64,000 nt of DNA from Cetorhinus maximus (GCF_964194155.1 NC_135901.1:31186001-31250000); one strand, 5' to 3'; shown: positions 48,301 through 62,040, counted from the stretch's first letter. Numbers and translations: made by a program. The notes: generated by a model not told the origin, from the sequence alone.

Positions 48301-50045
48301 TCCTAAACCTAAGCATAAACCTAAATGTAACCCTAACCCTAAAACTAACCACAGCCCTAAACCTAACCCTAAACCGAAACCTAACCCTAAAGCTAACCAT
48401 AACCCGAATCCTTACCTAACCCTAAAACAAACCCTGAACCTAACCATAAACCTCACCATAACCCTAAACCTAACTCTAGACTTAACCATAGTCCTAAACC
48501 TAACAATAACCCTAAATTTAACCTGAAACCGAACCATGAACCCAACACTAACCCTAATGCTAACCCTAAACCTAACCATAACCTTAGATCTAACCATAAC
48601 TCTAAACCTAACGCTAACCTAGGCCTAAACCTAACCATAAACCTAAACCTAGCCTTAAAGCTAACCCTAACCCTAAACCTAACCCTAAAACTAACCATAA
48701 CCCTAAACCTAACCCTAACCCTAGACCTAACAATTACCCTAAATCTAATCCTAGACCTAACCATAACCCTAAACTTAACAATAACCAAACTTAATCGTAA
48801 ACCTAACCCTAAATCTAATCATGACACTAAAACTAACCCTAAACCTAACTCTATCTATAACCCTAAACCTAACCGTGAACCTAACGATAAACCTAAACAT
48901 AACCATAACCCTAACCCCATCCCTAAACCTAACCCTTCACCTAACTATAGCCCTAAGTCTAACCCTCAACCTAGCCAAAACACTAACCCTAACCCTAAGC
49001 CTCACCATAACCCTAAATCTAACCGTAGGCCTAACCATAACCCTAACCCTAGCCTAACCTAAAAGCTAACCCTACACCTAACTGGAACCCAAACATAACC
49101 ATAACCCTAAACCTATCCATGACCCTAAATCTAACCCTAAACCTAACCATTATTCTAACCCTAACCCTAAACCTAACCCAAAAGCTAACTTAAACCCTAA
49201 TCCTAACCCTAAACCTAACCCTAACCCTAAAGCTAACACAAAAGCTAACTTATACCCTAAACCTAGCCCTAAACCTAACCATAACCCTAAACATAACCTT
49301 AGCCTAACCCTTAAATAACCCTGACCCTAAACCTAACCTTCAACCTAACCATAACCCGAAATCTAACCCTAAACATAGCCAAAACCCTAACACTGTCCCT
49401 AAACCTCACCATAACCCTAAATATAACCTTAGACCTAACCGTAGCCTGAAACCTAACAATAACACAAAATCTTACCTTAAACCTAACACTGACCCTAACA
49501 CTGACCCTAACCTAACCCTAAACCTAACCCTAAACCTAACCCTAAAACAAAACATAAGCCTAAACCTATCCAGAATACTAAACTTAACCATAACACTAAA
49601 CCTAACCATGAACCCAACCATAACCATAAACCTAACCCTAACCTTAACCCTAACCCTCACCCTAAAATTAACACTAAACCTAACACTACCCTAAAACTAA
49701 ACGTAAAACTAACCATAACCCTAACTCTAAACCTAACCATAACCCTAAACATAAGCCGAAACCTAACACTAACCCTGAAACTAATCATAGCCCTAAACCT
49801 AACACTGACCCTAACCATAAGCCTAAACCCAACCCTAACCTTAAACCTAACCCAAATCCTAAACCTAACCATAACCCTAAACCTAAACTTAACCCTGAAC
49901 CTAACCATAGCCCTAACGGTAACCATAACCCTAAACCAAAGCCTAAACCCAACCATAACCCTAAATCTAACCATAGCCCGAACCCTGGTCCCAAACATAA
50001 CCCTAAAGTTAACCTAACCCTAACTTTACCCCAAACCTAACCTTA
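48301..50045 (+). repeat. Degenerate interstitial telomere-like array, (CCCTAA)n variants
   Basis: 6-nt period throughout: CCCTAA, ACCTAA, CCATAA. The unit CCCTAAACCTAACCATAA recurs. Confidence 0.9.
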
Positions 50046-50364
50046 GGATGTGATGCTGAAAGTGAACTGTTTTATTGGAAAATAATTTCAGCTGAGAGTC
50101 CCTGAATGAATGAGGAGAGATCATAAACAGCAGTTCTTAAAGAGACACTGCTCACCCAGCAAATCAGCAAACCCAATTTATCCCACATCAAGGACATGAC
50201 ACAGCGTGTTCAATCCAAAACTGTTTAATTCCACTTACATCCAGAATATTAAACTCCATCTCAGTTACAGGGGTTATTAACATGAGCAGAAATAAACCCC
50301 AACGGTCAGGATGAATATAGTTTGCTCCAAGATCTGAATAACAGCAGAATCCTTCTCCTTCTCT

Positions 50365-51345
50365 AATGATAAATCTCTGCGCGCCTCACCCTCCTTCCTT
50401 CCTATTCATTATAACCCTAATTGATGTTACTATTCTCCTCCTGCTTTTCCCCAGTTCTCCTCCCCTGAAGGTGCTGACTCTCTGGTTCAGTTTCACACTC
50501 ACCTATTACCCTCCTCAATACGTCACCCAGGTGTCTAGATCTTTACACCTGAAGTTAACAAATTGTTTTGCTAAGGGGACGTCACAATCACATCCAGTCA
50601 CTACCCACATGTACTTTCTGTCAGGGCGGGGTCACTGCATCCCCCACCCCCACTTTCCATCCCAGCCCCAGGAGTTTGGAGACTGTGCTCCAGACGAGTA
50701 ATGGCGGCTGCAGCTCCCACAATCTCCCGCGCTGTGGAAACCGCTCTATCCGCCGAGCGGGCGGGCGGCCCGGGACTGCGCATGTCCGAGGGAGAGGGGA
50801 AGCTGCGCATGTGCAGAGAGTGGATTTTTTTTTTTTGCCTATTGGCCACCTGCTCATCTGCCATGAGGGTCAAAGGGTGTCCGACGCTCACGAAGGCTTC
50901 CGCTGCCCCATTGGCTTCATGCTGGAGATTGACCAATGGGAAGAGTTGGAGGACCGGAAGGATTCTGGTCCTCCAGCCAATCAGAGCGCGGGCTTTGTGT
51001 GAATGCAGATTGAGCTTCACACAGACTAAAACTTCCTCCTGTGTCCAACATCTGTGAGTAAAACACTTTCTTTTCTCCCCCTTTCCATTTCTTTTCTCAT
51101 TCTGGGGGGAAATTGTTGACTTGCAGGAACTGAAGGGAAAGGAAGTGAATCCAGGGAGGGTGCAGACTCTGGAAAGGTTGGCCCAGGTCTCTCTCTCTCT
51201 CTCTCTCTCTTAAAGACATTGACATCCTTTGCTCCCTCAGCTTGACACATTTATTTGTCTGGCTGAAAGGATGGTCCCTTTCCTAATGTTCACAATTAAA
51301 GGGGTGGTTTCCCCAGGAGATGGTTGACATTTAAGGGAACAATTT
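50365..51345. promoter_or_regulatory. Bidirectional promoter module P6 (type beta, inverted relative to P5) upstream of ZNF J
   Basis: Reverse-complement homolog of P4 and P5. Donor ct|GTGAGT at ~51054 and a (CT)n tract. Confidence 0.7.
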
Positions 51346-52145
51346 CAGGGTAATTAACTGTCCTGTATTTTCAGGGATTGCTCCTTATTTTGCCTTTTGC
51401 CCCGTATTTCTCGGACAGCCTGTGGGAATCTGATTCCGGAGACTCCAGAGTGATTTGAGTGAGATGGCAAGTGAGTGAGTTGGCCAGCAGAGAGATGATG
51501 ATATTCTGACTGAACAAAATAAGTTGTAAGTTTTAGTTAATTTTAACCCCCACCCCTCCCACTCATATTGTCTCAAGACCCCTTCTCCCCAGCTGTTCTC
51601 GTATTGAAATCCGCAACCCCCCCCCAAACTGCTCTCTTAGTCACCAGCACCACACCCCCCAACCATGCCTCCAACCCCATGGCTGATGTGTTCCTTATTT
51701 TATTTTATAAGAGTTCTGCCCCCTGGACAATACAATAATATAGGACATAGATATGTCTAATGTTGTGATAAGGGACATTTTAGATATATTAATTATGATT
51801 CTATAAAAGAGTTTATTTATTATCGTTCCTAGTTCCTACAGTACTGTAGCTACGTTATGAATATCCAGTCATAGAGTCATTACAGCACAGGAGTCCATTC
51901 TGCAACTCGAGTCCATGCCGACTCTCTGTAGAGCAATTCGCTCAGTCCCATTCCCCCTCTCTCTCCCTGTTCCCCTGCAAGATTATTCCCTTCGTCTGTC
52001 CATCCAATTTAGTTTTGAAACTATTGATTGTTTATGCTCCCACCACCCTTGTAGACAGCGAGATCCAGGTCATCAGCACTCACTGTCAAAATAAAGTTCT
52101 CCCTCACAGACCCATCTGTCCCTAATCATGTAATGGAGTACTGTA

Positions 52146-52353
52146 TGTTAAGCTCCAATAGCTGGTTGATAATAAACACAGAAACCAGGTCTTTACTTCT
52201 TCAAGCAGAGTTTTATTCTAGCACACACATAATTCTACGCACACATTGTCTTACCTGTTTCCCCTTTAGATACACCCAGCAAAGTACTTGTCAATTAACC
52301 TACAATTACCAACTGAAACACTCCTTGACAGTTCACTGCTTCCTACCCTAACA
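52146..52353 (-). mobile_element. Solo LTR (208 bp) in the intron of ZNF J
   Basis: TGTTA...TAACA termini and a 5-bp TSD CTGTA (52141-52145, 52354-52358). AATAAA on the - strand. The paralogous site at ~4660 is empty. Confidence 0.8.
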
Positions 52354-52919
52354 CTGTATATTACACACATTTTTAGTGCAGCACTGTTGGGTGTATATTA
52401 GATACAGCAGAGTGAGAATGGAGGGAGAGTGCATTGGGGACGGAGATTTACAGCTTTTGGGGAACGAGAGAGGAAAGAATGTTCCATAGAAACTAGAATT
52501 GTCTGTTCTGAATTTCTATCCTGTACTGACAGTGATGACTTGTGTAAACTCCTTTTACAGACTATTAGAAGGGGAGGATTTGCAGACAGAAATCTTAAAA
52601 CAAACTTGGCATCAAGATCTGACAGAATCACTCGATTCATCGCGACCTGAATATCATTGGCCTTTGAATCTAGAAGGAGGTTTGTCTGTTCTGTATGCTT
52701 CAAGAAAATTTTAAACAACATTTTGACCAGAAAAGCACCGAGACCCCCATACCCGAGTGAGAGTGTTTCCAGTGCACTGACTGTGGAAAGAGCTTTCACC
52801 AGTTACACAGCCTGAAAAAACATCACTCACAGTGAGGAGAGACATTATAGATGTTCTGTGTGTGAGGACGAGGATTCAACTGATCATCAAACCTGGAGAG
52901 ACACAAGGATACGCGCACC

Positions 52920-53510
52920 ATGGAGAAACCATGGAAATGTGGGGACTGTGGGAAGGGATTCAAATCCCCGTCTGAGTTGGAGATTCATCGACGCAGTCAC
53001 ACCGGGGAGAGGCCGTTCACCTGCCTCGATTGTGGGAAGGGATTCAGTCATTCAACCCACCTGCTGAGACACCAGCGAGTTCACACTGGGGAGAGGCCGT
53101 TCACCTGCTCAAAGTGTGGGAAGGGCTTCACTGAATCATCCAACCTGCTGAGGCATCAGCGAGTTCACACAGGGGAGAGGCCATTCACCTGCTCAGAGTG
53201 TGGGAAAGGATTCAGTAATTCATCCGACCTTAAAAAACACAAGGCAGTTCACACGGGGGAGAGACCCTTCATCTGCTCTGAGTGTGGGAAGAGATTCACT
53301 GTTTCATCCACTCTGCTGACACACCAGCGAGTTCACACTGGGGAGAGGCCGTTCACCTGCTCCGAGTGTGGGAAAGGATTCACTATGTTATCCCACCTGC
53401 AGAGACATCAGCGAGTTCACACTGGAGAGAGGCCATTCACCTGCTCTGTGTGTGGGAAGGGATTCACTCATTTACCCAACCTGCTGAGACACCAGCGAGT
53501 TCACAAGTGA
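52920..53510 (+). CDS. C2H2 zinc-finger protein J (7 intact fingers)
   Basis: Start gcacc[14 protein letters not shown]...HQRVHK*. Family 3' UTR with AATAAA at ~53780. Confidence 0.85.
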   Translation: MEKPWKCGDCGKGFKSPSELEIHRRSHTGERPFTCLDCGKGFSHSTHLLRHQRVHTGERPFTCSKCGKGFTESSNLLRHQRVHTGERPFTCSECGKGFSNSSDLKKHKAVHTGERPFICSECGKRFTVSSTLLTHQRVHTGERPFTCSECGKGFTMLSHLQRHQRVHTGERPFTCSVCGKGFTHLPNLLRHQRVHK

Positions 53511-53784
53511 TTCCAGGGGTTGTATTCTGCTGCTATTGCTGCTGTTAATCACATCCAGGACTGAACCATGTTCATTCTGACACTTGGTGAAGTGGGAGGG
53601 TCGGAGGGTTTCTTTCTGTTGGATTGGCCGGACTCACAACTTTGCTTCCAGTGGCTGATGCTCTTTGAGCCTGGGAGTGCACATTTCCACTGAAATGATC
53701 CACAAAAGCTGATGAAGGACATTTATTTTATCCTGGAGAGTAAATAGTGATTTTTGCTACCATTACAGATAGATCTAAAATAAA

Positions 53785-54395
53785 TACAGAAAGTGCTGGA
53801 AAAACTCAGTAGGTCTGGCAGCATCTTTGGAGAGAGAAACAGAGTTAACGTTTCAATTCCAGTGTGACTCTTCCTCGGAACTTCAGAGAGGGAGAAATGT
53901 GATGGGTTTGATGCTGTTGAGAAAGGGGGGAGGGTCAGGGAGAACAAAAGGGAAAGTCAGGGATTGGTTAGAGGGCAGGCGAGATTAAATAACAAAGATA
54001 TCATGGAACAAAAGACAAAGGGAGTGATAATGGTTGTAGTAAAGAAACAAAGCATTGGTCCAGAGTAAGTGTTAATGGCAGAATAAAGGACAGCTCTGTC
54101 TGAAAGCAAAAACATGAAAACAAGATGCAGACTGGCACTTGGCAGAACAGAATCAAAACAGAGAACAGAGTTGACAGCCTGAAGTTGTTGAACTCAATGT
54201 TGAGTCCAGGAGGCTGTAAAGTGCCTCATCGGAGGATGTGGTGCTGTTCGTCCAGCTTGTGTTAGGCTTCTCGGGAACATTGCAGCAGGCCGAGGACAGA
54301 AATGTGGGCATGAGAGCAAGGTGGTGAATTATAATGGCAGCAACTGGAAGGTCAGGGTCATGCTTGTGGACTGAGCGGAGGTGTTCCACAAAGAG
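53785..54395 (-). mobile_element. Penelope-like element 3' remnant (contiguous GIY-YIG end plus tail)
   Basis: Same text as 6615-7850 but without the ~630-bp internal segment. Confidence 0.72.
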
Positions 54396-55149
54396 GACAG
54401 CAAACAGGGGACAGATGAATTAAAGAGAAACCATTTGTGTCCAGAACATTGTGCACATCCTTTTACTCTGGTTGTCTTTGATCCTCAAGTAATTTTCTGT
54501 TTGTTTAACCATGTTCGGTTTCATTAATAAACTTTTATCAGTAAAAGTATTTGATTTTTCTGGGATTTTCATGATTAGATTTCTGCACTTTAGGGAAAGT
54601 GGGTGAGAGGGGTTGGCAGGCTCTTTAACAGAAAGTGAGTCCCTCTAAGGTAATTGGCAAAGGAGCCAGAGGGTGAGATGAGATTTTATTTTTTGACACA
54701 GCGAGTTGTTCTGATCTGCCTGAAAGCAGATTCAATAGTATCTTTCCAAAGGGTAAATACTTGAAAGGGAAGAATTTGCAGGGCTGTGGGGAAAGAGCAG
54801 AGCAATTGGAGGAATCAGAGAGTCCTTTGAAAGAGATGGCAGGGGCACGATGGACTGAATGGACTCCTTCTGCAGCCTGTGAACCTGAATCTCCTGCTTT
54901 TGTGCAGGTTAAAAGGGACAAATTTCATTTCAGCCTCTTCCCTCAATCTGTATTTAAAGAGACGGGATTCTGTTCAGCTCTGAGTGGCCGATATAACAAT
55001 GTCTCCACTCCTCTGTATATTTAAACATGGAACAAAGCCTTGCATGGCTGATTATAGTCAACAGCCTTCCTGTAGCTCTCACTGGACGCAGCAAGAAAGT
55101 GTTTGACTGCTTAACAATAGCAACATCCCCTGAAAATAATTCAGACACC

Positions 55150-55740
55150 ACAACATAAACAACCTGCATTTATGTAGCACCTTTAAACATCCCAGGGAGA
55201 TTCCCAGGGATGATTACAAAACAGAAGTTGACACTGAGCCACATAAAGAGATATAAGCCCAGATGAACAGTCGCTTGGTCAAAGAGGTAGGTTTTAAGGA
55301 ATGTCCTAAAAGTGCAAAAAAGATTGAGGGGCAGAGAGGTTTAGGGAGGGAATTCGAGAGCGTGGGGCCCAGGCAGCTGAAGACATAGCCCCCAGTGGTT
55401 GTGCAATTGAAACCGGGGATACTGAAGAGGCCAGAATTAGTGGAGCACAGATATCTCAGAGGGTTGTAGGGATCGAGAAGATTACAGAGATGGGGAGATT
55501 GCGGGTGTGTGACCACGTGGTTATTTGAATAAAAGGCGGCCGTGGAGGGATATGTAAAGAATGGGCCAGGATTTAGCTTAATTCAACATCCCATTCACCT
55601 TTACGGAGGTAAAACCGGGCCTGGGGAGAATTTTAAAATGGAGGCATTGCTTGAGTGGATGCCAATGTCAGTCAGTGAGCACAGGGGGTGATAGGTGAAC
55701 GGGACTGAGTGTGAGTTGGGAGATGGGCAGCAGAGTTTCT
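55150..55740 (-). mobile_element. L2-type LINE 3' fragment
   Basis: The ACAACCTGCATTTATGTAGCACCTTT tail is shared with the SINE at 57310. The - strand gives L2-like FSCLGPTLSNSLP. Confidence 0.6.
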
Positions 55741-56232
55741 CTATTGAAGAAAACTGGTCCAGTTCTGTACATTTCCCATCACACCCTTTATGTCTAAGAT
55801 CAAGCTGACATCATCGCATTCCATTGAGATTGCGCAATCCACTGATGTCATCACATTCTATTGTGATGATGTCATAAGATGACATCAGCATGTTTGTGAT
55901 TCCACAATCAGCTGACACCAGACGATAAACTTCATTGGGAGTGTGGGATTAGCTGATGACTGCACATTGATTTATCATTGTGCAGTGAGCAGAAACGATC
56001 GTTTGTGTGAGTTTTTAAACAGAATTTTTAACTACATGTACAGAATTGATCTTCGGATCTGGAAAATGATCCGTATCTGGAACATTTACCACAAAAATTA
56101 ACAAATTTGCAAGTATGTGACTTTTTCGATGACAGTTTGTTATCATTGTTTACAATAAATTGTCAGAGAGGAACTGAATCATTATTTCACTCAATCTCCC
56201 AATTTTAACAAACATTTTTAAAAAGTTGTGTA

Positions 56233-56500
56233 CTGCTGAAAAAAGAGACATGCTGTTGAAGCTTTTTGTCTTGCACTCATCAGGACAGATGCAAGAATAC
56301 CAAATGTCAAAGGGAACAACAATTTATACTGACAGAGAAACAGGGTGTTGATTGGTTGGCACATGGATTATGATTGGTTGAGGGGTTGCTGTGGGGAATG
56401 CATCAGCGAACAATTGTCCCCCAAGCTTTTGTTTAATTGAAAAGGTGAAATGCCTGGACAAATTCCTTTAGTCTGCAGAGGACAGGGCTCTGGTACAAAT
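56233..56500 (-). mobile_element. Second copy of the hammerhead-bearing short element (family of 6323-6600)
   Basis: Reverse complement GTC CTGATGA GT GCAAG AC AAAAAGCTTC; the body is similar to 6323-6500. Confidence 0.6.
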
Positions 56501-57309
56501 ACAAAAGATTCCAGGATTTGGATATGGTCCGCATCTTCACCAAATCTAAATATTTCTTCATTGGGCAAGACCATATTTGTGTACCGTGCTTGTTCAAATC
56601 TATCCGTTAGTTTTTGAGATGTATTATGGACAGACAAACAGGGATGAAAACATGTTTGGTATCTGCAAAGCAGAAAGAATAAATGTTTATTTAGAGCAAC
56701 AATCTCCACATCTAACAACTGGCTCTGAAAACTCTGCTCACATTTTGACAGCTGTGACAAATTCTACCCCAGCAGCGGAGACAATCCACAACATTCAATA
56801 ACACTCAACATTTGAAATAAAACAAACTACAACAATCGACAAGAAAAAGTCAATTCTCCCGATCTCCCAATGTGAACGGATCCCTTCAAAAATTCCCGGA
56901 TTCAGATCATCACCAAAAACAAATCAGTTCTTCCGTGGGCCATATCCTGTCGGCGTACTGAGTTTTGTTAAAATCCATCCATTAGTTTGTGAGATAAATT
57001 GTTTACAGACAAACAGAATAACAGGGATGGAAACATTACCTCCGCCCATCTTCAGTGTCAGACATACTTTCAGTACATTGAGCAGCCCCGATGTCTATTC
57101 TCAGCCAGCATTACACAGGGGGGAAAGGGCTGGATTCTCAGACCAGCAAGTCAAGGCACCCTCTTTAAATGGCCACTTCCCACAATGGATTCAGTGGCCT
57201 CTGAAGGGAAGCAGCCTCGGTCCACACTGGGAGTTCCTGCCCCCCAGTCAGCTGGCTCATGCTGGCTCCTGCTGGACGATCTGCCTGTGAGGATAGGAGT
57301 GTGTCGACT

Positions 57310-57770
57310 TAAAAAGAAACCTGCATTTATGTAGCACCTTTCACTACCTTAGGGTGTCTCAATGTGTTTCACTGCCAATCCAGCTCTTTCTGAAGTGTAG
57401 TCATTATAGGAAACCTGGCAGCCAATTTGTGCACAGCAAGATCCCACAGACAGTAATGTGATGATGACCAGATTTTCTGTTTTTACTGAGGTTGGTTGAG
57501 GTATAAATATCAGGCCCCAGGACACTGGGGGTGAACTCCTCCCCCTCCTGCTCTTCTTCCAATTGTGGCCATTCAGTCTTGTACATACGTCTGAGAGGGC
57601 AGACGGGGCCCTCGGGTTAATGTCTCACTCGAAGACGGTCCCTCCAACAGGACGGCTCTCCCTCAGTACTGGCATCGGGAGTGTGGGCCCTGGATTATGG
57701 GGGCTCGAGTCTCTGGAGTGGGGATTGGAACCCCCCACCTCCTGACTCAGAGGCGAGAGTGCTACCCACC
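57310..57770 (-). mobile_element. DeuSINE/SacSINE-like tRNA-derived SINE, near full length
   Basis: tRNA-like head at the right end, a central conserved domain (GCAGCCAATTTGTGCACAGCAAGATCCCACA) and an L2-like tail. Confidence 0.7.
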
Positions 57771-58609
57771 ATCATGCCGTGTTGAATAGAATCAGCGAGC
57801 TGGTGTTCTAGAATCATGGAATGGTTACAACACTGAAGGAGGCCATTCAGCCCATTGTGTCTATGCCAGCTCTCTGCAAGAGCAACTCACCAGGAGCCAA
57901 CCCCCACCTTTTCCCCATAACCCTGCCAATTTCTCCTCTTCGGATAATGATCCAACACTCTGTTCAAAACCAAGACTGAATCTACCTCCAAGCCCTCCAT
58001 CCCTGGTGCCATTCTCGTCAATCTCCTCTGCACCCTCTAAGAACTTCACATCTTTCCTAAAGTGTGGGGCCCAGATATAGGGTTCCATTCTCGAGGGATA
58101 GAATTGAAAAGCAGGGAGGTTATGTTCAACTTGTTTTGAACCATGGTTAGACTACACTGGGAGCACTGTAAACATTTGTCATCTCCATTTAGAAAAAGAA
58201 AATAGAGGCACTGGAGAAGGGGCAACAAAGATTCACAAGAATAATCCCAGAACTGAGAGCATTTAATCCTCAGGAAAGGCTGGGGCTGCTTTTCTCTAGA
58301 AAAGAGAAGACTGAAGGGTGACCTGATGAAGGGGTTCAATAATCCAATAGGGATTTCATGAGAAACCTCTTTACCCAGCGAGTGGTGAGAATGTGGAACT
58401 CACTACCACAGCGAGTGGTTGAGGTGAATAGCATGAATACATTTAAGGGGAAGCTAGATACATACATGAGGGAGAAAGGAATAGAAGGATATGCTGATGG
58501 GAGGAGATGAAGAGGGGTGGGTAGAGAATAAATACTGACAGAGACCAATTGAACCGACTGGCCTGGCCCTGTGCTGTAGGCTCAATGGAACAGAGACAAA
58601 TGTAGTTAT

Positions 58610-59665
58610 GAACATATGAACAGGGAGCAGGAGGAGGCCATTCAGCCCCTCGAACCTGCTCCGCCATTTAATAAGATCGTGGCTGATCTGACAGTAACCT
58701 GAAATCTGCAGCCCACCTACCCCCGATAACCTATCACCCCCCTGCCTACCAAGAATCTATCACTTCTGCCTTAAAAGAATTCAAAGACTCTGCTTCCTGC
58801 ACATTTTCAGGAAGAGAGTTCCAAAGGCTCATGACCCTCTGAGTGAAATAATTTCGCCTCATCTCTGTTGTAAATGGGTAACCCCTTATTGTTAAACAGT
58901 GACCCCCTAGTTCTAGATTCCCCCACCAGAGGAAACATCCTCTCCCCATCCACCCTGTAAAGACCTCTTAGCATCTTATATGTTTCAATCAAGTCACCTC
59001 TTACTCTTGTACACTCCAGCGGATACAAGCCCTGTTCAACCTTTCCTAATAAGACAACCCTCCCATTCCAGGTATTGGTCTGGTAAACCTTCTCTGAACT
59101 GCTTCCAACCCATTTACATCCTTAAATAAGGTAACCAATACTGCACACAGTCCTCCAGATCAACCCATTTACATCCTTCCTTAAATAAGGTGACCAATAC
59201 TGCACACAGTCCTCCACATCTGGTCCCGCTAGTGCCCTGTACAACTGAACCATAACCTCCCTACTTATGTATTCAATTCCCCTCACAATAAATGATAACG
59301 TTCTATTAGCTTTCCTAAAAACCTGCTGCACTTGCAGACTAGCCTTTTGTGAATCACACATTAGGACACCCAGGTCCCTCCGCACCTCAGAGCTCTGCAA
59401 TCTCCCACCATTTAGATAATATGCTTCTCTTTTATTCTTCCTGCCAAAATGGACAATTTCACATTTTCCCACATTATGCTCCATCTGCCAGGTCCTTGAC
59501 CACTCACTTTCTAGAACTGTTTGTAGCCTCCTTTTCTCCTCTTCACAACCTACTTTCCCAACTATCTTTGTGTCATCAGCAAAGTTGGCAACCATCCCTT
59601 CAATCCCTTCATCCAAGTAATTTATATAAATTGTAAACAGTTGAGGTCCAGGCACTGATCACTGT
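58610..59665 (-). mobile_element. 5'-truncated CR1 LINE with a ~55-bp internal tandem duplication
   Basis: GPQLFTIYIN...FADDTKI...CVQYWSPYLRKDV. 59106-59160 is repeated at 59161-59220. Confidence 0.85.
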
Positions 59666-59838
59666 GATTTTAGGTCTACATGTAGTGGTGAGAAAAACAA
59701 TATTTATTATCCAGGATAAAATAAATGTCCTTCATCAGTTTTGCAGATCATTTCAGTGGAAATGTGCACTCCCAGGCTTAAAGAGCATCAGCCCACTGGA
59801 AGCAAAGTCGTGAGAACAGCAGAATCCAGCCCCTGCAA

Positions 59839-60429
59839 TCAGTTGTGAATTCGCTGGTGTCTCTGCAGGCTGGATAACTGAGTGAATCCCTTCCCACATT
59901 CAGAGCAGGTGAACGGCCTCTCCCCAGTGTGAACTCGCTGGTGTGTTAGCAGGGTGGACGTCTTAGTGAATCCTTTCCCGCAAACAGAGCAGCTGAATGG
60001 CCTCTCCCCAGTGTGAACTCGCTGGTGTTCCTGCAGGGTGGATGAATGAGTGAATCCCTTCCCACACACAGAACACGTGAATGGACGTTCCCCAGTGTGA
60101 ACTCTCTGGTGTTCCTGCAGGTTGGATAACCGACTGAACCCCTTCCCACACTCAGAGCAGGTGGCTGGCCTCTCCCCAGTGTGAACTCGCTGGTGATCCT
60201 GCAGGGTGGATGAATGACCAAATCCCTTCCCACAAACAGAGCAAGTGAATGGCCTCTCCCCAGTGTGAACACGTTGGTGTCTCAGCAGGTTGCTTGACTG
60301 AGTAAATCCCTTCCCACACTTAGAGCAGGTGAATGGCCTCTCCCCGGTGTGACTGCGTCGATGAGTTTCCAACTCAGATGGGGTCTGGAAACCCCTTCCA
60401 CAGTCCCCACATTTCCACGGTTTCACCAT
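59839..60429 (-). CDS. C2H2 zinc-finger protein K (7 intact fingers)
   Basis: [14 protein letters not shown]...HQRIHN*. Internally deleted family 3' UTR at 59670-59838. Confidence 0.8.
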   Translation of the reverse strand: MVKPWKCGDCGRGFQTPSELETHRRSHTGERPFTCSKCGKGFTQSSNLLRHQRVHTGERPFTCSVCGKGFGHSSTLQDHQRVHTGERPATCSECGKGFSRLSNLQEHQRVHTGERPFTCSVCGKGFTHSSTLQEHQRVHTGERPFSCSVCGKGFTKTSTLLTHQRVHTGERPFTCSECGKGFTQLSSLQRHQRIHN

Positions 60430-61257
60430 GCTGCAGGTGTCCTTGTGTCTCTCCAAGTTTGACAATCAGTTGAACCCTCGTCCACACACAGAACACGTGT
60501 ATGGTCTCTCCCCGCTGTGAATGGTGTGATGTTTTTTCAACTGCATAACTGTTTAAAGTTCTTTCAACAGTCAGTGCAATGGAACATTCTGAATCGGGCG
60601 TGTCTGTGTCTCCTTCAGGATTCAAAGGCCGATAATATTCAGGTCCCAGTGAATGAAGTAATAATGTCAGATCTTGACGTGACAGTTAGTTTGAGATTTC
60701 TGGCAGAAAATCCTCCCCTTGCAGTCACCTGTAAAAAGTTTAGAAAAATCATTACTATCAGGACAGCATAGAAATTCAGAAAAGACAATCCTAGTTTCTA
60801 TGGAACATTCTTTTCCCCTCTTGTTACCCATTAACTGTAAATCTCCATCCCACACACTCTCCCTCCATTCTCACTCTGCTGTACCTAATAAATACCCTCC
60901 CAATTCTCCTGAAGGTGCTGACTCACACTGATCGACAGACCCATGCTCACTGCTTCCTGTCCAGGCCCAGTGAGATTGCAACTCACCACCTATGACGGTC
61001 GTGGAAGCAGAGGCAATCAATACTTTCACAATATATATGCTCAGTGGACTAAAAATGTGTGGAAAACACAGGACTGTACTACGTGATGAGAGCTACCTGG
61101 GGGATGAGGGAGAAATTTGTTCGGGCAGCGAGTGGACATGATCTGGAATTCACTCACTGTGAGGATGGTGGCAGCAGAGATCATCAGTGATTTCAAAATG
61201 AAATTGGATGGGTACTTGAAGAAAATAATCTTGCAGGGGAACGGGATATAGAGGGGG

Positions 61258-62040
61258 AATGAGAAAAGAAATGGAAAAGGGGAAACATTGATTTCCTCCC
61301 AGATGTTGCCCAGAGGAGGAAGTTTTAGTCTGAAGCTCATTGTCCAACTTCCGCATTGTGACGTCCACAATGGAACCCTGCCTGAATCAGCCAATAGGAA
61401 TCACTCTGCTCCGTGGTGACGTCCTTGGGACGCAGTCTGCAGGCCAGGCGCGCGGACACGGGAGCCCCGCCCCCACCCATTGTTCCCCCTCCTCCTCCAC
61501 CACCTCGAGCCAAGGTTTCCAGACAACCGGCTGACGGCTCCGGCCAGAGCGAGAAGCCGCTCGAAGAGCACGGGAGAGGGGAAGCCGCGCATGTGCGGGG
61601 GAGAGCCCGCCCCCTTCCCGCCATGCTGAGGGGTTGACCAATGGGAAGAGTTGGAGAACCGGAAGGACCATGGTCCTCGAGCCAATCAGAGCGTGGGCTT
61701 TGTGTGACTGAAGATTGAGCTTCACACAGAATAAAAGTTCCTCCTGTGTCCAACATCTGTGAGTAAAACACTTTCTTTTCTCCCCCTTTCCATTTCTTTT
61801 CTCATTCTGGGGGGAAATTGTTGACTTGCAGGAACTGAAGAGAAAGGAAGTGAATCCAAGGAGGGTGCAGACTCTGGAAAGGTTGGCCCAGGTCTCTCTC
61901 TCTCTCTTAAAGACATTGACATCCTTTGCTCGCTCAGCTTGACACATTTATTTGTCTGACTAACAGGATGGTCTCTTTCCTAATGTTCACAATTAAAGGG
62001 GTGGTTTCCCCAGGAGATGGCTGACATTTAAGGGGACAAT
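61258..62040. promoter_or_regulatory. Bidirectional promoter module P7 (type alpha) between ZNF K and L
   Basis: Homologous to P1-P3. Confidence 0.7.

Noticed and set aside
48041-49998. RV/LG/LT/PK-rich ORFs
   Set aside because: Translations of the telomere-like hexamer array.
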